In this document: positions 54,160-64,000 of the stretch, piece after piece
Position numbering within the stretch: position 1 is the first letter of the stretch
How the letters are laid out: the number at the start of each line of letters is the position of its first letter
Made by a program: the position numbers and the translations under genes
Assembly: GCF_006345805.1 (NCBI RefSeq)
Contig: NC_043017.1
Coordinates: 31,496,001 to 31,560,000, forward strand
Origin: Octopus sinensis
Lineage: Eukaryota
Reading direction: 5' to 3'
Length of the DNA: 64,000 bases
The notes under the pieces: generated by a model
Told to the model about the DNA's origin: nothing
The model's database searches: none
The model's input: the letters and a program-made list of their open reading frames with translations, nothing else

Positions 54160-54540
54160 TCTCTTTTACTCTTTTCAGTCATTTGACTGTGGCCATGCTG
54201 GAGCACCGCCTTTTGTCGAGCAAATCGACCCCAGGACTTATTCTTTGTCAGCATAGTACTTATTCTATCAGTCTCTTTTGCCGAACTGCTAAGTTACGGA
54301 GATGTAAACACACCAGCGTCGGTTGTCAAGCGATGTTGTGGGGGGGAGGGACAAACACAGACACATATATATATATGCATATATACGACAGGCTTCTTTC
54401 AGTTTCCGTCTACCAAATCCACTCACAAGGCTTTGGTCAGCCCAAGGCTATAGTAGAAGACACTTGCCCAAGGTGCCACGCAGTGGGACTGAATCCGGAA
54501 CCATGTGGTTGGTAAGCAAGCTACTTACCACACAGCCACA
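54160..54540 (-). mobile_element. SINE family B
   Basis: Reverse-complement match. Confidence 0.85.
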
Positions 54541-55428
54541 ACGCTGTTATAAGACTTATGCTTAAGAGTATTAGTGCTTAGTAACAATTGGTTATCAGTG
54601 ATCTTGTATACACTTACAAGATAACTGTAAAATTTCTAGATAGGGACTTTGAATTCAGTGTTACGTTTATTGAAATCTTTAAGTAAAACATATGTTTTCT
54701 AGAAGACTGATGCATGTATAAAATTGATAGTAGCTATCTGCTTGATTAAATTTATCTTGCAGATAGAGATAAGAATAATATTTACTATAAATTGTTGCCC
54801 TCTTGAAGTGCATCGAATATTATTTAGATATTTTATGCAAGGGATTAACATTTGAAGTATTATGTTAATAACTGGAATTCTTGTAGAGAAGGGAGCAATT
54901 AGAAATGAGCATTTTCAGGTTTTAACAAGTTGATGGTTAAATGGTTTTGTGTTTCCTGCAAAAGAATTCACTGAGAAGTTCAGTTTTACAGAAACCACCA
55001 GCTTGCACATTCGTTCTGCAATCTAGCAACACATAATGCTTCCTGAGATTCGCCAACACTACACCTGATTTTCTCCCTTCCATACACACGCAAGCATGTA
55101 TCTGATTCATACACTGTTCACTTTCCAGACATTTGTACATTACTGCATATACTTTATGCGCACTTTTGACAAGTTGTGGTGCACATGAGCACTGTATACA
55201 ATAATTTCATTATTATTATTATAATGTGACTCTTCTTTCAAAATCTATTTGAAGCTTAGAACTTTAAAAAATTACTTTGACGAGGATTTCCCAAAGTAAC
55301 TACTCTTTTAATTCTTAATCTCAAAAAAATTCAAAATATGTACCATATTACTTGTTGATGAGCGGCAAAAAATGGTCATTTTTAGCAGGTATATCAATAC
55401 AACTTGGTGGAATTAACAGTGGAGGAAT

Positions 55429-55503
55429 TTCAACCGTGTTTCGTGGTCTGCTACTGCAACAGCTCCTTTATAGGATCCAGTTAGCTCAAGACATCATCAG
55501 GAG
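55429..55503 (-). ncRNA. Degenerate type-I hammerhead-like motif with long stem II
   Basis: cuc CUGAUGA ugucu..gcuaacug..caguagc agac cac GAAA cacg GUU ga; weak stem I. Confidence 0.45.
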
Positions 55504-56771
55504 GAACCATGTCCGGTTTCAGCCCCTACTCCTCAACCGTTTTGACATGGCGGGGCACTCCATTCGGAGGTGTCTTCAGCTCTGGTGTTGAGTGCATGTT
55601 TTCTTTCTTCTTCTTTCTTCTGTTCCCTGGCCTCTTCGATATGGCGTCAACACTTAAGTGCAAAGTTCCTTGAAATAGTGCAGTTGTAGATGCTAGAAAT
55701 AAGAACCCAGTTCGTTTCTAGTCACAGAACCAGATTAGAGGAGCAATAATTTACGCTAAAGCAGGAAAGTAGGCTGTGGTACATGGTATTGCAAAAGTAT
55801 TTTCAACTCAACCAGATCGGAAGAAGCAATATTTTGACTTTAATTGCATGTGGTAGATTAGAAAGTTTTAATTATATTTTCACCAAACATTTTATGTTTT
55901 TACTGTGAGGGAAAAAAAAATCTTTCTAGTGAATGATATAACATGTAAGATGTCATTTTTAATTAAAAATAGATCGGTATCTTACTTTCTCATAGCTTTC
56001 ATAGAACTGTAATTTTATTGAAATTAATTTTAAATAATTCTGAAATATTACATTATATTTTCTGGGTATATATTTATATTACAATTTTATTTTCCGTAAT
56101 TAGATATATTGTTTCATCATAAATATATCGCTTAACCAAAATATAAATCTGTCATAGATTCTTTAAATAGAACTAAAATTACAGTTTTGGATTCCATTAA
56201 TTAATTATATATTATTAATTCCTAATTGTATAAATCTGATTTATGTAATTATGGAAAACCAAACTTTAACTTATTCAATCCCTTACTAACAAATCGAGTT
56301 CCTTAACTGGAATTTTAAAGAAAATTTACCATATAGGCGCAGATGTGGATGTGTGATAAGAAGTTTGGTTCCCAACCAGATGGTTCCAGGTTCAGTCCTG
56401 CTGTATGGCACCTTTGGCAACCAAAGCCTTGAGAGTGGATTTGCTGGATGGATTTTAAGAAAAGCCTGCCAGGCATGTACAGAGTCAACCAAAAATTCAT
56501 ACACCTTCCGTAAAGGAAAAATTTGTATAGATATTTTCATTCAGTTTCGTTTTTGGATTTGGTTTGCATGATTCTTTATATGAGTTCATGTGTTGAAGCA
56601 TATTCTGTTGTATCTGAGGAGAGACATTTTCTTTTTGTGTCTTATAAGAAAGGGCTAAAGAAAATTATTTCAAAGCCAATATGCTGATTTTCCACATATA
56701 ATCTACTCACTACAGAAAAATTGAACTGAAGTCGGGCAAGCTAACTGTTAGAATATTTAAATTTCGTTATT

Positions 56772-56829
56772 TCTATATTGAATCAATTTCGGAATTAATC
56801 TCAAAAAAGATTTATTCGTCTTCAGTAGA
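56772..56829 (-). ncRNA. Type-I hammerhead ribozyme
   Basis: ucua CUGAAGA c gaau aaaucu..agauu aauuc c GAAA uugauucaa UA uaga; near-palindromic stem III, 4-bp stem I. Confidence 0.7.
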
Positions 56830-56958
56830 GCTTACGAGAGATTGTAAATAAGATACTTACATGCGCCCATGGAAAAAGCCGAAGCAAAAAACATGAGTAC
56901 ACTTAAGTACTCCATTTATATCTAAAAATAAAAATTCTTTCTTATAAGTTGTTTATAA

Positions 56959-57840
56959 TGTTGTGGTTCAACTTAAGGACAGAGCTGGCGACCTACTTTT
57001 GGGAATGAATCCATTGTTCTGCCAGATGCGGGTTGATTAATTAGCTCTGGGGAAACTCCCCAACCCTTTCAGGTGAATTAGAGTTCAGTTTGTGAGAGGC
57101 AGTCGGCATTTGGGATTCAGGGCAAGCAGTTGGCAGATTGGATTTAGCAGTGGCTGTTCTGCTGTGACAGAGAGAGACAGTGAGAGAAATGTTGAGGGGC
57201 TGAGGAAGAGATATACAGAGGATTAGGCAGCCAATAGAGATGGACTACAATGTGAGGCATTGGCTGATGTAATGGTATGTGTTAATTGTATGTTTTGATA
57301 TGTGAAGAAAAAGAAGGAAAAAGAATCGATGTATTGAAATGTAAAAGAATTGAACATTGTGTTACAGAACTGTTAAAGAAAGAGAGAGACTCTGTTGTAG
57401 TCTTTAATGAACATTGAACTGTATATGCCTTTAATGTGATTTGAAGTGTACGTTAATTGAACATTGATTTGTAACGTGAACTTATTTGTCTATGAACATT
57501 GTATAATGCTTTGATGTGTTGTTTCTTGCATGTATTTCCTCTTTGATGTACCTGATATGTATCTTGATGTATTTGATGTTGTAACAATTATAAAGTGTTA
57601 TAAACTAGTAGGTTAAATGTAAGCCAATTGCCTTCCGCTGTGTTTCTTTGTGCCTCTGAGTCTCTTCCTGCTGCTGTTGTTGTTGTTGTTGTTGTCTCTC
57701 TCCTCTCTGGGTTCCGTGGCGAACATTCGCCGATCGATCAGGCCTGGTCAATCGTCGTCGCTCGACTTGTTGGGATCCCGGGTTCGAGTTCGAGCGACGG
57801 CAGGTGGGATTCCGTAGCAACCTTCGGAGATCCCGTAACA
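56959..57840. mobile_element. Solo LTR (882 bp) with 4-bp TSD, probably Gypsy-type
   Basis: TGTTgtgg...ccgtAACA termini; ATAA at 56955-56958 and 57841-57844. Confidence 0.8.
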
Positions 57841-58032
57841 ATAATTTCAGTTCAATTTTTCTGTAGTGAGTAGATTATATGTGGAAAATCAGCATATTGG
57901 CTTTGAAATAATTTTCTTTAGCCCTTTCTTATAAGTTGTTTATAATTTTAACCGTAATGGTATTTTAATATGCTGCCACATTTCTTGACCGAATTCTTTT
58001 CTAGAGAAAAAAACTTCATCCTATAGTAGTAG

Positions 58033-58069
<37 letters not shown>

Positions 58070-58079
58070 ACATATATGC

Positions 58080-58150
<71 letters not shown>

Positions 58151-58184
58151 TATATGTATATATAATGTATACATATATATCATA

Positions 58185-58566
58185 AATGAGGGTGAAAAAT
58201 TAGATATAATTTAATAATACCATCAGTTTAACACCAAGTGGCTTAGCACATAAAAAAACAGGGAGACAATACAAATTTATACTTAAATACTTAAATACCG
58301 CTAAGTGGTTAACTATAGTGCTAAAAATAGCTCCTTTTTCTGGTATAGCCACCAAAGGTTGTTTCCAATAAGAAATAACATTAAATTTAACGTAAGGAAA
58401 GTGAAATACAACGAAAAAATAAATTAACGCCGAACAATTGTTTCATTATTAATATAATATGCAATTTTACTCACATATTTATCTATAAATCATCAGCGGC
58501 TGTTTGTCTTTGATACAATTTATTAGACCCTCATGGGTCAAATACCCATGTGGTTTAATCGATTGC
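58185..58566 (-). mobile_element. About 380-bp non-coding hammerhead-bearing unit in (TA)n
   Basis: TA runs on both sides; its end resembles the short fragment 11260-11317, also in (TA)n. Confidence 0.6.
58429..58500 (-). ncRNA. Canonical-core type-I hammerhead ribozyme
   Basis: GCCG CUGAUGA [AU-rich stem II including aauauguga/uugcauauu] GAA ACAAUUGU U CGGC; perfect stem I, palindromic stem III, GUU site. Confidence 0.8.
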
Positions 58567-59891
58567 ATATATATATATGTATATATATATATATATGTAC
58601 ATATATATATATATATATGTACATATATGCGTATATATATGTATATATATATGTATATATATATATATATATATACATACATATATATATGTATGTATTG
58701 TTGTGTCTGTGTTCGTCTCCCTGCCAACCCTTGGCAACTGATGCTGATTTGCTCACGTTCCCGTAACTAAATGGTTTGGCAAAGAGACCAATAGAATTAG
58801 TGCCAGGTTTAAAAAAATAAATAAACAAAAAAATAAATAAATAAATAATGGAGTCAATCCATTCGACTAAAAGATGGTGGTGGTGCTCCTGCATGGCCAC
58901 AGTCTAAAGACAGAAACAAAAACGATAAAAGAGATTTTAACTACGTGTCCTTTGCTGTAAAATATATAAAGGAATGTCAACACCATTGATTACTTCCACA
59001 CACCTGTCACCTCCCACTCTTCCTCCTATTATAAGTGTGTTTTATCCCGTTGCCTGATATGCTCTCCTGTTTATTTTCTTATTCCGAATAACAATTTATT
59101 TCCTTCCGATATATTTCCTTAACGACATCGCTCTTTATTGATATTGTTCCACATTCTCTTCTACTTCCTTCGCCCATCTGATTATCGACACTTCCTTCTG
59201 CCATCCTTCATTTCTTTTACAAAAAAAGAAGAAAAGAACGATTAAATTTTATCAGGAATTTCATATTTCTGATAAATGAAGCTCAATTGTGAAATGTCTT
59301 ATAATATGATAGATATTGTTCTTAAAGCACATCAGACACTCACATGCAATAATATATACGCATATACATAATAATATATGTATATGTGTATAATTATATA
59401 TATATATATATATATAATATATATGTATGTATATATATATGTGTATTATGTATGATATATATTATATATATATTATATTAAGATATATGTATATATGTAT
59501 GTACATGCATATACGTAGACATACATATGCACACACACACACATATGCGTATATTAAAGACATGGCTGTTCTCCAGGTTTTTTTCCATTTTGGAGGTTTT
59601 TTGTATTTCTTTATTAGTAAGTTATGTTTGTTTTGGAACAATAACCTTCCTAATATTTTTTAAATTCTAAAGAATTATTATGGAAATATGAAAAAAAAAA
59701 TCTTTAATAAAAAAAAACTGGATTTCAACATTGTCTTGTTTCCAATAAATCATGTTTTAAAAAGAATATTTTCCAATATATATACACACGCATATATACA
59801 GATATGAGCATCTATCAGGTCATCCGATCAATGGAACAGCCGGCTCATATTTAACATGCAAGTAGCTGAGCACTCCACAAATATATATACC

Positions 59892-60610
59892 TATTTCTTT
59901 ACTACCCACAAGGAGCTAAACAAAGAGAGGACAAACAAGGACAGACAAACGGATTAAGTCAATTACATCGACCCCAGTGCGTAACTGGTACTTAATTTAT
60001 CGACCTCAAAAGGATGAAAGGCAAAGTCAACCTCGGCGGAATTTGAACTCAGAACGTAGCGGCAGATGAAGAGAGGACAAACAAGGACAGACAAACGGAT
60101 TAAGTCGATTGTATCGACCCCAGTACGTAACTGGTACTTAATTTATCGACCTCAAAAGGATGAAAGGCAAAGTCAACCTCAGCGGAATTTGAACTCAGAA
60201 CATAGCGGCAGACGAAATATCTATTTCTTTACTGCCCACAAGGGGCTAAACACAGAGAGGTCAAAGAAGGACAGACAAACGGCTTAAGTCGATTATATCG
60301 ACCCCAGTGCGTAACTGGTGCTTATTTAATCGACCCCGAAAGGATGAAAGGCAAAGTCGACCTCAGCAGAACTTGAACTCACAACGTAACGGCAGACGAA
60401 ATACCGCTAAACATTTCACCCGGTGTGCTAATGTTTCTGTCATCTCTCTGCCTTCGCTTCTTTCAGTTTCTGTCAACCAAATTCACTCACATGGCTTTGG
60501 TTGGCCCGGGGTTATAGGAGAAGACACTTGCTCAAGATGCCACACATTGGGACTGAACCCGGAACCATGTGGTTGGGAAGCAAGCTTCTTACCACACAGC
60601 CACACCTGCA
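59892..60610 (-). mobile_element. SINE A trimer (59892-60452) abutting a SINE B head
   Basis: Reverse-complement matches. Confidence 0.8.
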
Positions 60611-62222
60611 CCTGTTTCTTAACAAATATTTCCTTTTATATACTCACTTCATTTATATATGTATGCATTGCTTTTCCTTTGCAAGAATCTCCATTCTACT
60701 GAGATGGAGAAAATATCTAAAATAAAAATATGCTTCAATTCCCTTGTATAAAAAAAAAATTTCCTTTTGTAAACATGAATTTTAAAGTGGTCGTTAAATA
60801 TTTAATTTCATTTTCTGTGTGACAAAATAAATTTATTATAATTAATTCCTTAAACATATTGAGATTAATAAGTATCTCTTATTCATCTCAAGATGAATAG
60901 GAGATTATTCCAACCGATAATGATTAAACAATTACATCAATTAGTTTGTAATTGCAGTGACAAAACAATAGGAGGCAAGTATTGGTGTATTGTGCATGTT
61001 CAACAGAGATCTAAATTGATTGCTTTCAGAGCAAATTTGAAATAATTTTATAGAAATTTCTGCTGAGAGACATATGCTGCCCTGAGCCAGACATGTATTG
61101 TGATGTTCATTCATTTACAATACTTAACAATAAATGAAGTTAACCTTTAGCACACTGCATTTTCTCTAGAATTGTTTCCAGTCCGTTGCAGGTGAGCTGC
61201 AAAATGCAGGAGGAAAGAGCAAGAAAGTTGTGGCAAAAGAGTCAGCAGAAGTTCACCATTACCTTCTGTCGGAGACACGTGGAGCTTAGGTGTTTCGCTC
61301 ATAAGCACACACATCACCCGGTTTGAGATTCGAACCCATGATCCCTCGACCGCGAGTCTGCTGCTCCAGCCACTAGGCCATGTGCCTCCACTCTTGCTAT
61401 GTCTAGTACGGCTTAAAAAGGAGCTGGTGAAGAAACTTCGATGTTATCACTTTGTCAGCAAAATGTAGTAATCGAATCAAAGACTTAAAAAAAGGCAAAT
61501 CACATCGTCGTGATTTGAACAGGTTTCCTTCCGCAAAGAGACCCACCTCTTATTGCAGGTTTTGTCAGTTCTTCAGGTAATCCTCAACTACTTATTCCCA
61601 TGTCTTCCTCTTTTATCAGTTCCTTTCATCTGTGGGCACTTGACACATCTTTGGCCTGATGACATCCTCTATGCACACCATATTCCAGGTACAGTTGAGC
61701 AGTTCTCCCTTGCACACTACTTCTATTCTTCTTATTTCCAGTTTTACCCACCTTCTTTGTGCTCCTTCATTCCTTCATATATATATATATTACTGCCAGA
61801 TGAAAGACGACAAACTGGAAGAATTGTTAGCGCAATGGGCAAAAGCTCAGCAGCATTTCGTCTGCCCTTATGTTCTGAGTTCAAACTCCACCAAGGTCTA
61901 CATTGTTTTTCATCCTTTCAATGTCAATAAAATAAGTACCAACTGAATACTGGGGGTGATGTAATCGACTTAGCCCCCCACACACACACACACACTCTTC
62001 ACCCCCACATAAAAATTGCTGGCCTTGTACCAAAATTTGAAATCAATATTACCATCAGTGGAGCATATTCAATTCATTTCCTTTTTGCCTTCGCAGATTT
62101 TTAGCATCCAATACTCATGTATTGCCACTGTCTCCACACTGTGTATATGAGCATGATACAACATACCCTTCACTCAGACGGAGAATTCTTTTGATGCCAA
62201 TTAAAGGTAATAGCATCCTTGA

Positions 62223-62440
62223 GCCTTTCGTTACCAACCTGGTTGAAACCGGCTCTGGCTTTGAGTACAAAGTCTTGTTTTCATAATTTTTGAATTAAAA
62301 TCTTCGATCAAACCTTAGTCACAATTTATGTTCCTAGCTTAGCTTAACAATGACTAAATTATTTTACTAAATTCTTTGTTATATTTAAAGTAAATGAAAG
62401 AAACACAGAGCATCTCAGAATAAATACTGTAATGAAAGGG
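62223..62440 (+). mobile_element. piggyBac-type MITE copy
   Basis: cctttcgttacc...gtaatgaaaggg|TTAA; homologous to 35331-35532. Confidence 0.65.
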
Positions 62441-62559
62441 TTAAACCTTTCTCATCTTACTTTGGCAGCTATGTTCTCAGGCGAAATCCCTCCACCACTT
62501 CTTAAGTCAACGAAATAACAGAGGATATCAAATTTGACCAAGTGAACAATAGATAAGTG

Positions 62560-62935
62560 GAGTGCTGTGGAGTAAGTAGCTTGTTTTACCAACCACATGG
62601 TTCCGGGTTCAGTCCCCTGCGTGGCACACCTTGGCAAGTGTCTCGACTATAGCCTCGGGCCGACAAAGCCTCTGAGTGGATTTGGTAGATGGAAACTGAA
62701 AGAAGCCCCGTCGTATATATGTTTATACGTGTGTGTGGTGTGGTTTGTTTGTGTTTGTTCCCCTAGCATTGCTTGGCAACCGTGCTGGTGTTTTATTTCC
62801 CCCGTCCTTAGCGGTTCGGCAAAAGAGACAATAGAATACTTACTGGGGCTTAACAAAGAATAAGTCCCGGGGTCGAGTTGCTCGATTAAAGGTGGTGCTC
62901 CAGCATGGCTGCAGTCAAATGACTGAAACAAGTAA
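62560..62935 (+). mobile_element. SINE family B
   Basis: Head and tail match, with many small deletions. Confidence 0.8.
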
Positions 62936-63114
62936 AAAAAAAAAAAACTTAAAAAAAGTACTAGGAGATTCTTCAAAGCAGTGCCCCAGCATGGCCACAG
63001 ACTAATCACTAAAACAAGTAAAAGATATGAGATTCCACATATCTCCACCTCCCTCTGCATCAGCCTTTCTCTTCAACATTCTACCTGTTTTTTTCAATGC
63101 CAGTACTTCGATAT

Positions 63115-63583
63115 TTTCTCTCTCTCTCCCTCCCCCTCTCTCCCTCCTCTCTCTCTCCCTGCCCGCTCTCTCCTCTCTCTCGCTGCCCGCTCTCTCCTCT
63201 CTCTCCCTGCCCGCTCTCTCCTCTCTCTCCCTGTCCGCTCTCTCCTCTCTCTCTCTCCCTCCCTCTCTCTCTCTCCCTCCCTCTCCCTGCCTGCTCTCTC
63301 CTCTCTCTCTCCCCCTCTCTCTCTCTCTAATATTCTATTTTGCAAGAAGGGCAACAATCAGAGACGTTACCTCATTTCATCTCGTGGCTATTAAACACAT
63401 TTAATTTTTCCAAACTCTCCTTTGCCTCAAAGCTATCATCATCAGATCACACCAAACACTTAACAATATCAACCAATGCTTGACTGAACCATAACCACAC
63501 CAAACCATCCTACTTATCTTTTACTAAGTCTCACCATCAAGGTAATGAGATTGTATTCAGTTCTTCTTCTGCTTCTTCTTCTT

Positions 63584-63633
<50 letters not shown>

Positions 63634-63671
63634 GCTGCTGCTACTACTACTACTTCTTCTACCTTCTTCTT

Positions 63672-63706
<35 letters not shown>

Positions 63707-63782
63707 TCTACCTTCTTCTTCTATTTTCTACTACTACTACTACTACTACTATTATTACTACTACTTCTTCTTCTTCTATCTT

Positions 63783-63817
<35 letters not shown>

Positions 63818-64000
63818 TCTTCTATCTTCTTCTACTACTACTACTACTTCTTCCCCTCCTCCTTCTTCATCTACTCCTCCTTCTTCATCTTCTCCTTCTT
63901 CATCTACTCCTCCTTCTTCACCTTCTCCTTCTTCATCTACTGCTCCTCCTTCTTCATCTTCTCCTTCTTCATCTACTGCTCCTCCTTCTTCATCTTCTTC
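63115..64000. repeat. CT-rich about 23-bp minisatellite (63150-63300) and (CTA/CTT)n tract (63560-64000)
   Basis: Direct inspection. Confidence 0.9.

Larger units (their letters stand above)
56530..58032. mobile_element. PLE pLTR-type foldback with a perfect 90-bp inverted repeat (56641-56730 / 57846-57935)
   Basis: Arms are exact reverse complements; left flank resembles 3600-3660 and right flank resembles 26010-26115. Confidence 0.7.

Overview
AT-rich, repeat-saturated animal DNA. The SINE families and microsatellite load suggest a coleoid cephalopod, probably Octopus (inference from recall, not a database result). No intact multi-exon gene can be assembled, and most ORF-track entries are microsatellite or SINE artefacts. 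The only plausible host-gene sequence is a minus-strand terminal exon (3287-2761) resembling an apextrin C-terminal (ApeC) domain, with one in-frame TGA. The rest is tRNA-derived SINEs (often in head-to-tail multimers), 5'-truncated LINEs (RTE, CR1, Tx1, R4/Dong, Hero), Penelope-like element (PLE) fragments, decayed mariner and hAT transposons, two non-autonomous Helitrons, piggyBac-type MITEs and a solo LTR. The most notable signal is about eight type-I hammerhead-ribozyme (HHR) motifs, canonical and core-variant, in PLE pseudo-LTRs and in short non-coding units, several of which sit in (TA)n tracts. Folds were done by eye and most repeat boundaries are approximate. A 100-N gap lies at 19703-19802.
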